NCBI GenBank assembly: GCA_001949185.1 | Contig: BDGG01000006.1 | Location: forward strand, 1,098,827 to 1,162,826 | Length of the DNA: 64,000 bases | Source: Ramazzottius varieornatus | Lineage: Eukaryota; Animalia; Tardigrada | Direction: 5' to 3' | Part shown: positions 49,300 through 61,185 of the stretch, one piece after another | Position numbering within the stretch: the stretch's first letter is position 1 | Layout: the number at the start of each line of letters is the position of its first letter | Position numbers and translations under genes: made by a program | Notes under the pieces: generated by a model | What the model saw: only the letters and a program-made list of their open reading frames with translations | What the model was told of the DNA's origin: nothing | Database searches by the model: none

Positions 49300-51902
49300 A
49301 CCGTCCAGGCACCGGAAGGAAGCGAGTCAGATATTGACGATTCGATAGCGGACGTAAATGATGCCTTCTTCCAGGCCAACGGACCCGATCCTGTCGACAG
49401 CGATAAAGAGACCGATGCGAAGGTGGACTCCACGGATGATGCTTCGGAAGAATCGGAAGAGCGAAACGAAGACATCGTAAGAGACGAAGAAACCTTCGTT
49501 GTGGTTGTTGGTTTCTTGAAAGACATCCAAGGCATGGCGAGAATACATCAGAAGAAGATGCTTCAGCACATCAGCAGTCATCACAAAAGACTGCCGAATT
49601 TCCCAAGTAATTTGTATTACATGGACAAATTTCTAAGGCCCTACTACCTGACGCCTCTCAAGCACTTATTCTTTCTTCAACACGGAAACTACATAGGGCT
49701 GGCTAGTGAGAATAATGGAGTGATCTCCTGTAGTTCGGAAGCTTGCGAAATCCGTTTGAGCGGAAGGGAGACAGACAGAAAGATAGTTTTCTCATTCCAT
49801 ACGATCAGTATAAAAGAGACGCTGCGCCCTTACCTTGAGTCCCTTGTAGGCGAAGATGTGTTTCTGAGATGAAAGACCGGACATCCGGAGGCTGATACAT
49901 TTGACATCCAAGACGGCCAGATGTATCAGCAGCTTCAGATTGGGGCAAACGGTATTTCCCTCACATTTTTTATAGACGACGGCCAAACATTCGGTATTCA
50001 CGGGAGCAAGAACGGCTCTACCAAAATTCTCTCGTACATTATCGATGAACTGCCATCTAGAAAAGATACCGACACCGTTTTCTCTTCGGAATAGCAGTGG
50101 GAACCACCCAACCCTCCATACAGATAATGCTGGACTTTTTTCGAAAGATGTAGAAAAACAATGGAGTCGATTTTGTCAATCTGAGGGGTGAACGCCAAAA
50201 CTCTCCTGTCGCAGACCCTTTGCTGAACTGTGATGCAGTAGCAAGGTGGGATGCTTTGGGACACCTGACTTTCCTAGCAGAGCAAGGTTGTACTACGTGT
50301 CTCGATCCTGGCATTCTATGGAACAAAAGTAGGAGGTATCCAGCGGGAACAAGATTTGTCCTCCGTGACAGACGCACCGCTATCAAGTGCGCTAAAAGGG
50401 CGGCGCTCACAGGTACACCCCATAAAGGAATTTAGAGCGCGTCCAGGCTGCTTCGAATAAACAGTTTCTGCCCTGTGCGGGGTGCAGGACACGACTACAT
50501 GCACAGCACTGCCCTCGGGCACTTCAGAACTGGCCTCTTGAGAAACTGGATAGAGCTGAAGAAAACAAAACTTCCTTGGCACGCGAGAAAAGCTCATCGT
50601 AGACCAGCGTCTCTTGCTATTACGCTTTCCTTCCTACTTCAAAAGAACATTGCTGCGGTTAACCCGTATCTCCGAGAGTCACGCATCAGAGCACCTCAAC
50701 TTTCTACTGTACGGGATGTTCTGTGGGCTTAAAGACGTCCTGCCTCAACCGCTCCTCGACAACGCCATGCTTTTGTCACTCGCAACCCATCTGTTATTGA
50801 CGGATATCAAGGTAGCAAGCAATCTTGAGCAACTTTTTCAAGAAAGTTTGTGGGGTATACCCCAGTGTACGAAGGGTAAACAACATTGATATCGGGGAAA
50901 TGGGCCGTGGGGCACCTTCAAATCAACAAATGAAACAAATCAAACAGACAGTTTCATTCGGGCTGTTTTCAGAAACGCAGCGTACGCCATCCGTACCGGT
51001 GCCTACCCCACAAATTTTCTGGAAGATCAACCAATAGCTGAAGAAAGCTGGGTAATCTTTTTAGTTAGTCGGAACAACGTTCAAGAACAACTGCGAGAAC
51101 GCAAAGCTGCTCATGGAGAAACACAGCAAAACCTACCAGGCGATCTATGGTTTGTTTCGCATGCTGTATAATACGCATCAGGGAAGACACCAGGCGCGTA
51201 ACGTCGAAGACTGGGGCCCGATTTACTACCTGGGGTGCTTTTACTTCGAAGATCTTCTTGGCAGAGAAATGCGATCTGTTAAGAGGTCTGTGTATCTGGA
51301 AAGTCAAATGCTACGGCGATACTTGCAGGAGAATTTCCTACATCGCTTTCTTATCCCTGAGAGAAACTATAACTATATCATGGGTGGAGACACAATCGAA
51401 AATACTGTTCACTACTATCTACTGAAAGAGACCCCTCAGAAGATCGAAGAGCTGAGCGAAGAAAGTTTGCAGATTATTGGGGTGAACCCCTTATGTCGAG
51501 TTGGTTTAGACAAGCGCACGATTTCTTTCCCAGTTAAAATGCAGCGAGACGATGAGATCGTACTGGAAACTGCAGCTCGGCAGAGGAGTTCAAGGTATAA
51601 CAACAGCTATTTCTGCTTGAGCGACGGAGAAATCGTTCAAATCATGCATCTGATTGTGGCTGACAGCGAGCGCAAGTCTGGTGTTTTGTGTCTTGTTAGA
51701 AAGCTTACTTCTCAACCACTTGAGACTTATCGTCTTCCAGATGGATCTTTCCCTAGATTTCTTCGACGTTGCTTTCGAGAATTACATTCTTACATGTTTG
51801 CCTGCCGATTGTTTGAAACGTCCCGTCGTTGTGATTTTGGATAATGATCTATTGCAAGTTGACTATGCTGTTATACCCCCTTCTGTCCACAGTATCATGT
51901 AA
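49300..51902 (+). pseudogene. EnSpm/CACTA-type transposase, degenerate
   Basis: DIQDGQMYQQ..ISLTFFIDDGQTF..IIDELP, CDAVAR..GCTTCLDPG..YP, HDYMHSTALGHFR and YNNSYF motifs in the order typical of animal CACTA transposases; many stops. Element ends not found. Confidence 0.68.
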
Positions 51903-52099
51903 GAAAGAAACACGTAATAATCAAGAAGGACCGAAAAACGAAAGCAGGAAGACCGTACTGCTCCATCTGACACAACTTCCCCGAAAATCACATGAAAACT
52001 TCACGAAGAAACCGTACCGGGTATACCCCTTAAACAGAAGGAAAAGAGAATTCAATGTAGTCAGGAGTAAGCTCCAACATGACTCGAACTGAAGACAAA

Positions 52100-53830
52100 A
52101 TAACAGGAAACGGCACGTCCGGGAGGACCACACCGACAGGAGACGGCTTCTCTCGACCCGTGGCGTGGGTCATGGTGGAGGCGATAGGGGTTCTTCGCTG
52201 AGCGCAGCCTCTGCTCGATGGACCTAAGCTGAGCTGGTTCGTCGCACTTCGCGCAGCGTTCATCAGTAACATACTGGAAGACAAAACCATCAGTAAATCA
52301 TATGCAACTTGGTCAAATGGTTTGTGCCAGATCATTTTTCCTCTTGGTGCAGGCTTCCAGCCAATGACATCAAAAACGTGCGCCACTTGAAAGTTCGATC
52401 TGCCCAAGTTTGCCGGACTACGTCCGATATGCGGACAAAAGAAAATAACATGGCTCACATCGTGAATCATCGCTAGGTGAATGTCAAGATCACCATAAGG
52501 AACCATGGCGGAAGTTCGAGGAAAAAGCCAGCAGGGACTTGCGGGCTGCCAAGGCACCATTCCACTCACTAACTTTCCCTGATAATCACATCAGACAAAA
52601 CCATCAGCCAATAAACAATACACAAGAGCTGAGCAATCAAAACGTGCGAGATTGTCGTCCTGAGTCGCGCACCTCTGCAGCCAATAACCATGAAAACATG
52701 CGCCATTTGGTATGTTGATCGTGACATTTCGATCGCCCAGCTCCCATACTAGAAAGGCAAACGAGTACACTAGTTTTGACTTACTCGGTTGTCTTCCACA
52801 CCAGTCTGTCGAGGCAGCTCAGGATAAACATGTACTTGAGGTCCATCCCGGGAAGGTCGCATTCAGATCGGATGCCAGCCGATATTCCCAGAACTGCAGG
52901 GAGCTCTCGGGCGAACAAGGACCTCCACGTGTTACGTCGTACACGCAGGATGTGCCAGCCAGTCATCTCGGTTCTCGTGTCGACGCTTGTAACCAACTCG
53001 GTATTACTGGAACCATCTTCGGTTGCCGGCGCAACATACTGGGGTGTACCCCGCACCTCAAAATTGAGTCGACGACGGAGTCGCATGATCTCGGCTTCCT
53101 TCTCCTCGGCAGCTTAACGAAGGTGGCTGATCTCCACATCCTTCACCGCAGACTCCCGCTGAGTAGCTTGAAGTCCTCTCTGAAGATCACGGTGGCGGAT
53201 GACCAACTGATTGGATGCCAGCGAGACAGCACACAAACTTTCGTACACGTCGGCACCCAGAGGAACGCACTCTCTGACCTTGATCGTCTTCCCAAAAATA
53301 AATACAGCCGGGTGTCACCCCTCACACATGGGATTTGAAAGACGTCATGTCCGGAGTTGGGCAAACGATACGCACAAGATCGCTGTTTTAACTGGCGCAC
53401 GTTTTCGTGGTTATTGACAGCAAAGGTGCGTCACTCAGGATAATAATCCTGCGCGCTCTGTTTACTGAGCTCCTATTTCGTTCGTCACAAAACTTTCTCC
53501 CCACGGGAAGTCATACCGATCAACTTTTCCAAACTTACTCGCAGTGGAAGCACTTTGTGGCATACTCTGGGTGTTTGCCCTTTCCCGGCAATAACAGAAC
53601 CAACTTAAGACATCCACGATGGAAGAGCTTTCCGCAGCTCTCGAACCTTTCACCTCCCCACGCCAAATGAACGTTATGGACGACCATCTCAGCGTCTCGT
53701 CCTTCACAGCGGTACTGCATCATGCAAAGCGCAGTTACTTGATTGAGCTCTTGAATGGCTGCTTTCACTTCCCCGGGAAAGGCTATTTCGCGCGGATGCC
53801 ACAGGGTATGTTTTGCACCACGTCACAGCG
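52100..53830 (-). CDS. Spliced gene or pseudogene convergent with the CACTA transposase; PHD-like Cys/His finger; possible CACTA accessory (TnpA-like) gene
   Basis: CMMQYRC...SCGKLFHRGCL...KCFHC (53535-53768); WRSLFARELPAVLG segment weakly reminiscent of BEN domains; exon structure uncertain. Confidence 0.4.
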
Positions 53831-53970
53831 ATACGGAAGTCGCCGTCAAAATTTTTGTAATTAGGGGTAGACAAAAAACCCAAATTTTGTATTGGTCGAG
53901 TACAACGAGCCAGCTTTTTCACGGATGAAATCTAAAAAAGAGTCGGTGTAAAAAGACTCCTCGGCGTCAC

Positions 53971-54030
53971 GAAAGACATCCCTGCGTAATTGTTGATTGT
54001 ACTTTGAAAGACATCCCTGCGTAATTGTCT
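53971..54030. repeat. Short direct duplication (35-bp period)
   Basis: GAAAGACATCCCTGCGTAATTGT occurs twice. Confidence 0.75.
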
Positions 54031-55081
54031 ATTGATATAGTGCGTTATTGAGAGGGAATGATTATTGGTCAAGAAAACTTGGGAGAGTCTTTTCATACTC
54101 TTCCGAGGTATCGTACTCTTCATTCACGTCCTAGCGGAACTGGCGTCGTCTCCTTCCATCGCAGTGAGGGCGTCGAGCTGGGTCAGGTTCCTGGTTGGGT
54201 CCTTCAGCGTCATCGTGCAGAAGGTTCACTTCGTTGTCGTTGTCGTTGTTTCCGTCATGCTCGGAGCGGGGGTTCCCGGTCCGTCCATATTCGCGCTTGT
54301 GCCATCTGTGCTTACCGTGACCGCCACCACTATTTCCCCAGAGTCCGTTTCCACGCCCTCCGTGTCCACCACCATGGCGTCCTCGGTAGTGTCCGACGCC
54401 ACTGTGTCCATTGTGACGACCACCACCGCGTCCACTGTGATTCCGTCGTACGTAGCTCCCGGGTGCTTTCTGGCTGTTTCTTCCTTTGGGACCTTGTCGC
54501 CGGTCACCGGCGCTGTTACCCGACCTTCGGTCGTTCAAGCGGTGATTTTTGATGTGGTTTTAAGCGTTCTAATGGAAGGGTGCTCGATCACCGAGCCGAT
54601 TTCGGGCGAATGGTTTATGCGGCGGACCATTCGAGCGGAAGCCCATTTTCACGTCGGGCCTGCCGGTGTTGACGTAGGTCTCCATCACGTCGGCTTGTTG
54701 GGCGTTCGGTTGGCATGGCTGTTGGGTATGGACAGGAGGAAGAACTGCCTGCTGCTGAGGCGTTACCGCGCCCGCGATGGTTCGTCATAGATTTATCTGG
54801 TTGTAGCGAGAGCCCCCATCAGAGGGATACTGGGCGGAGGGCCCATGGGGAGCCCTAGTGGAAGACCCAGAGGGAGACCAGTCGGAATACCCGCGGTCAG
54901 CCCGGGCATGTGGTAGTGAGCGTATCCTCCGTTCATCCCACCAAATAGGTTGAACGGGAAGTTCATGGTCTGAAAGAGTCAGTATATTATCGGATCCTTC
55001 TGGTCTTTTGTCCACCATGTAACGGCCACAGCTCATGCGGCCGTGTGTTCATGCAGTACAATGGCAGTGCAACAAGAAATG

Positions 55082-58000
55082 TCATGCTCTGTTCGGGGCT
55101 GATGGAGGACCGTGTTGGACTGGTCCTAGGCATGCTTTGTACAGGACGGGGTGACTCAGGATTTTATGGAAGAACCTTGCAAATGACAGGCAAGCAGGAA
55201 CATGCGAGGCTGATAGAGAGCTTATGAGTGGGGTGAGCAGGTCGGTATGACATTCGACCCCGTGACAGGTCCTACCGGGGACCGTCAAACAGGGGACAGT
55301 CTCCATGAAGTGGTGTGTGTCTTCAATGCCTTGTGAGCAAAGGCAACACTTGCGGTCTACCCGTGGTACGCGGCCACCGGCCCGTCTCGACAGAGAGGTT
55401 ATCTGAAGATAGTAGGACCAGGCACATTGTGTGCGCGAATCGAGCGGCGATGTTAACGCTATCAGAAAGCCAGGCCGATAGGGCGTCAGCAGATGGGATT
55501 TGCACGAAAATATCCAGCTTGGGCGACAGCCGGACCATATTGTGAACATCAGCAAAGAACTTTGTTTTGGCTAACGCGATAAATTCCGTTTGATTGAACT
55601 CACGTATTTTTGCGATGGAATTCTCTGCTGAGGCTGAGTCGTCCAACCCAAAGACTGGTTGGAGGAACCTTCTGCATAGGGAACCTCGCAACTTTCGGTT
55701 CACAAGGATTTTTTTTAGGGCGCAGGCTTAGTCGGACGACGAGCGCGCCATCTTGATATAGAATTTGACGGTCACCTGGGAAATTTGAAGAGTGAGGGGA
55801 AGTATATCCGTGATGTGTTACAATCCGCAGTCCGAGGTAGCTCGCCTTACACCAAGCAGAGTTTTCGCACACCGGGTTAAAACTTGGTTCAGCTTGTCTT
55901 TCTTCAGAAGAGGTGACTCAGGTGGGAACCACTCATTGGAAATGACATGATCTGTGGACGCCACCGACTTCACGAAGGTACCAAAGAGTTTCACTCCCAT
56001 GTCAACTGGCGCATGCACAACTGTTCGTGTAAGACCGCGAAGCACTACAGCCGAGCGGCGCACAAGGTGGGCACGTTCGATAGCCTCGTCTGCGTCTAAC
56101 TGTTGGAGCTGTTGATCGTGGCTCCGAGGTATTTGATCTGAGTTACCTTCTCGACTTCCGTCTGTTCGATGAACAAGGACGGAGGTGATTGCAGACGCGT
56201 TTTGGTTTTACTGATGTGCATTACTGCGCACTTGGGAACGTTTAGGGAGAGATTAAGAGTCTTAATATATTCACAGACGCGGTTGATGGTCAACTGCGCG
56301 TGTTCAGCAGAGATCGAGAGTATTACAATGTCGTCAGCGTACAGCAGGAGCAAACCTGGGCGACCGCCTAAGGTGATTTCTGCTTGCCTGCCTGCGCTTA
56401 CGTACAAATGGAGCATCGAGAGGTAAAAATGAAGAGCTCCCCCGACGCTGGGTCCCCGTGCTTTACACCTCTCGAAATTCTGAAGGGTTCCCCCTAATCA
56501 CCGTTCGCAAAAACACTGCACGATGAGTTACTGTAGAGGTGTTTGATGATTCTAAAAAGGGGAGAGGGCGTCATAGAGAGGTCAAGCAGTGTGAGCAATG
56601 CACCATGGTTAACCGTGTCGAAGACGGCTTTGAGGTCGAGGAAGACCGCTATACAGTAGTTATTTTTGGACAGGGTGGTCTCGACTGCGGCCGCATATGT
56701 GCGAAGTCCTTCAGAGCAGGACTTGCCAGTTGTGAAACCAAACTGATGGGCGGCGTGGGGAAGATAAGAGATTATCCTTCCACACACGAGCTTGATGAAG
56801 ATCCTAATGGGTGGCGCCATGATAGAAATTGTGCGTAGGTTCTCTAGAGAGACACTTTTTTCGTTTCTTTGGGATGGTTACGATTTTCAATAGGAGCCAT
56901 TCGGGAGGTGCTGTACCAGCAAGTATCATGTCGTTAAAACATGATAGCACCAGCGACTGAAAGTCGTGGTGGTACAGTAGAAGCTTGTAGAGCTTAGTTG
57001 GTAACTTGCCGGGTCCACTGGAGTTCTTTGACTGAATGTTCGCAACTGCCACCAAAAGCTCCTCGCGTGTAAGAAGCTCGTGACAGGCTTTCGTAACTGT
57101 TGAACGAAAGAGAAGCTGTATCGCCTCGTCAACCGGAAGTGGTTCAGTTAGCCCTCCCATAATACGCGAAGAGTACGCAGTGATATCACACACGGTGAAG
57201 GGTAGAGAGTTGTTACTGTGTGGGTCTCTGAACATTTTCCAAAAACCACCCGTGTTTCGATGCTGTGCCCGTAGGAGTGATTGAAGGGAGGTTAGGTGCT
57301 CGTTGGTGTACAATAACGTCACCGTGCGGCGCATTCTTGCAGCTAATGTTCTTCTAGCTTTCTTATCGCAGGTACTAGAGTATGCCGCTTTGCTCTCTTT
57401 CAGGTTCTCACGAAGAGAGTTCGATTGTGAGTCGCACTGTGGCACATGTGGCTGATACAAGTGTCCTCTTCACAGCCGTGCGACCATGTTCGGCGCCATT
57501 TCGAGAAGTGCTGACCTTCCATCACATTCCCCAGAAGTGAAGGATGACGTCAAGGGACCGATAATCTGCTGGGCCAGGGTAGCCCAGTTGGTGCGGACTT
57601 TCGGTTGATCAAAAGGCATAAGGCTAGCCTTTCCCCTTGTATCCCCTGTGTGTTCAGTTTGATCTCCACACTCAGGAGTAGATGATCCGAGATGCCGAGG
57701 TGTCGGTCCAGCAGCTCAGAGGTGGATATGAAGGACACCTCGGTGGACCGCACCAGACAGTAGTCAACGGTTGAACGCTGGACCGAACTATGACAGTGCC
57801 TTTCAAAGGTATATCTGGGAGGGAAACTCTTGTCAAAATCATTGAGCCCATTTAGACTAAAGAGGTCTCCTTCTCGGGCGTAGTCGAAGAAGAGCTTTGA
57901 CCGATAGTTGTTGGGGGTTCGGTCTAAATTGTCGCTGTATTTCACCGGGACAAGCTCTTGATTGTCATAAGGTCCGTCGATCAAAACACTGAAAGATAGG

Positions 58001-60220
58001 TCACGTAGCTGCGTGTTGAAATCACCCGCGACGACCAGTGGACGCGCGGTGTTGAGTCTGTAAGTTAGTGAAGTTAACTCTTCCCACATTTCATATTCTC
58101 TTTCTTGGGATATGTAGGCCGATCGGCTTGGGGGAATGTATACCACAACCACTGTACACACGATGGAGCCATCCTTGTCGGTCACTTCGACGGCGAGAAA
58201 TTCATCCGAGAATTGTGGTTCGACTTTTCTCAGATAGTAGGAGCCCGATGCAACCATGATTCCGCCTCGCTTCGACCACGAACCCAATGTGGCGTTGTGG
58301 GTAATTACGGATAGTGACGGCAAAATCGTTCGGTCGAAAAACGAATGGTATTCAGCGAATTGTAAAGGAGCGCTGTAGGCTGCTGCAGGCTCTCGCAGCC
58401 AGCTCCCCCAACGCAGGTTTTTTGAAGCGAGAGAGGTGGTCGGTCGGGAGGCAGCGTCATTCCCGACGCTGCTTGACATGCCAACCTGCACTGCGCTGCC
58501 GGTTACACCGTGGTCTCGGCCAACACCACCATGGCCGCCACCATCATAATCCCTACCACCATCGTGACCAGCATTGCGATGTATCATGCCATAACGGCCG
58601 ATGCCGCCCTGACCGCCGTGGTGTTCATGGCTGCCACCGCCGTGCGCAGCGCCCCGGCGAAGCACTGCATTTGCAAGTGCTTGACCTGACGGGCATCAAC
58701 GTTTCTGCGGTGCGAATGAAAATTATTTCTATGCTTCGAGCTGTTTATGAAAACTCGAGTTTTGGTGGAATACACGGCGTGCACGTATCGGCACTCAGTT
58801 CCCCACCCGCAGTAGCCGGTGTTGTTATTCCAAGAGATTTCCGTTGATATGCGGAATTGTGCCTGGTTCGGGACAGGTGCACGAGTGTCTCCTGACCTAC
58901 CTAGATTACTCTGTGGACGGACGTGCAAGAAGTTACAGGCATCCCCTTTGTTACAATAGCCGCGTGCGTGGTACCGGCAGGGTTTGGTTCGCCAATACCT
59001 TCCTCTGCTATTGCCACTTCTGTCTAGCGTTGCGCATCAAGCACCGACTGTTGCCTGTTTGACGTTTGATGTGCAGGTGGGTCTGATGGTGCCGCATCAT
59101 TTGCCGTTAATTGGGAGGGCAGCGGGATCTCCGCAGAGGTCACCGGTGGGGCGACACTGGCCGGTGAGGGTTGGCTATTCCCCGTATATTCGCATGCCGA
59201 CGAGACAACATGGCAGGTGGCTTCCGTGTATGGTATTGCATGCTTTACCCGGTAATTTTCGCATCTACTGCAGGAGTTCTGAAAGGCAGACAGCGTACAT
59301 CCTAGCTGCTTTTCGAGTTCCTCAGCGAGGGTACCCTTTACCGCCCGCAGCCGGCGCTGCATCACTGAGTTTTTCCTATCGTGCCCAACGCGAAATTTCG
59401 AGCAAAGCGCTTTCAGTTGGCAATGCTTCATAGTGCAGAGCTCGGATAATTCGAGTTTTGCGGACAGTAGGGCATTGTTGCGTTTTGGCGTTTCATCAGA
59501 AAGAGCCAGGGGGGAGGGACAACATACATTTGCAAATCACTCGACGCGGTGTTCGTAGCCAGCTCGCCGACGTTTGCGCTCGCAGTATTGAGAGAGACTA
59601 TCGAAAACTCGCTGGACAAACATGCATCGTCGTCCGAAGACGATAAAACCACTTCCTCTCGGAGGACTGTCAAGGCCGTGTTACTCTCGGCCGGGTACGC
59701 GATTTCGTGCTCATTCCGTGACCTTTCAACGGGACTCTGTGTCTTGTGGCTCATAGCAAACTCGTACTGATCAACCAGCTTATCAGATAGGGGAGATTTC
59801 AATGTGTCGGGATTATTTTGGTCTGCACCCGTGGTGCCATCTATGAGTGGCACTTTGTGGGGTGGGGTCGCTCGAGCACCATTATGATCAGTGGCTTGAT
59901 CCTCCACCTGAGGCGGCAGCTCCTCCCTGTCTTGTGGGTTCATGGCGGAGCGTTTAAGGTGTCGCGATATATGCCTCAGGTGTTCAAGCGTCAAAGACGC
60001 AGCATGCCATATGAGAGGAGAGAAAGGATGCAGGCATAGCTGGAGGATGGAGAAGACCAGATAGCCAAAGTGGGGTGCAAGAGAACAGGGAGAGTTGCGA
60101 GCAAAAACAAGGCAATAAAAAGTGGCCTTGAACAAATTCGAGCTTCAGAGATCGTGCAAATCTGACATCCTTTGTTTCGATATAACATGGGTTCAGTCAC
60201 GTGACCGAAGGATCCACACA
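55082..60220 (-). mobile_element. Decayed non-LTR retrotransposon (LINE): ORF1-like region plus APE endonuclease-RT ORF2
   Basis: APE motifs VYIPPS, AGDFN, YTF, STVDYCLV and SDHLLL (57550-58400); RT motifs SSGPG, QFGF..FLDLKAVFDTVNH and LLYADDIV (56096-57100); C-terminal CCLCSQGIEDTHHF knuckle; multiple frameshifts. Confidence 0.88.
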
Positions 60221-60359
60221 CAAGGAAACTTCAGACGTTTAAGAAGCGTGCAGGGTTTGCCATAACTGAATGTAGTTCAAAAGTTTAGTACCAGGATGCG
60301 ATTTACTGGTTGCGGTTTTTGCGTGAAGGTTGAGCTTCGAGGTAAAGCCGTGGTTGTAT

Positions 60360-60395
60360 GAAGCGATTGAAGCGATTGAAGCGATTGAAGCGATT
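60360..60395. repeat. Tandem 9-mer (GAAGCGATT)x4
   Basis: Directly visible. Confidence 0.85.
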
Positions 60396-61185
60396 ATTCC
60401 CTAAATATTCCGTAGATATTAATACGGCAGAACACCAAAGGAGAGAGTCAAGAAGTTGACGGCATACACAGTGATTGCACAGCCAAATGCACAAAGGCGT
60501 CAATCAAGTAATTGACTGCCCGATTTGATCATTTTGCCAGCTGCGTTTCGCACAATCAATCCAGGTTTCGCTCTGATGGGGCTTTTTCATTTTTTATCCG
60601 TCCTTGTTCATTTTTTATCCGGGGTGACAATTACTTATTCGCGGATAAAAAATGGATAAAAACCGTCATCCTATCTCGTCCGTGAGAAACCCTGTGCATG
60701 ATGATCGATTGTGGTTGTTTACAAGATGTGTCTGGCTTCATGGTGCTATGACGAAAGAACATGCCTATTCACGTGCTTTATCTGATTGCAGATGGATATA
60801 CGACTTTCTCTGATTTGACCAGATTGCACATGAGCAACCACGGTCCACCCGACAAACGTCTACACGGACAGAAGAATTGCCTGTTAATATTCGTCCTCGC
60901 GGGTAGCTTTTTGCAACTACAAAAAGATAGGTTTTCGCAGGAAGAGTTGGGTAATAGCGCCATTCTATACAATACAGATACGGTAAATCAAATGTTGGGG
61001 ACTTGTCACTGCGCATCTGCCGATCCGACTGAACCTTCCACTCCAGCAAGCAACAGCTATGACGGCTACTCACGCGTACACTGGCGGCATGAGAACTCGA
61101 ATAAGGATATAGTAGGTTTGGGTCGTACACGATGCATTTGATTTCACAAAGAGTATTCTGCCATCTAAGAAAAGACGCCGGCCCG

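Noticed and set aside
31226-53473. CRISPR array or bacterial REP elements
   Set aside because: Repeats are dispersed, degenerate and intronic in a eukaryotic context; no regular spacers or cas genes.
48826-53870. CACTA termini at CACCCC (48831) and GGGGTAG (~53864)
   Set aside because: No convincing extended inverted match or TSD.
54065-54790. 241-aa Val/Thr/Ser-rich plus-strand ORF (mucin-like)
   Set aside because: Antisense shadow of a low-complexity tract that is open in several frames.
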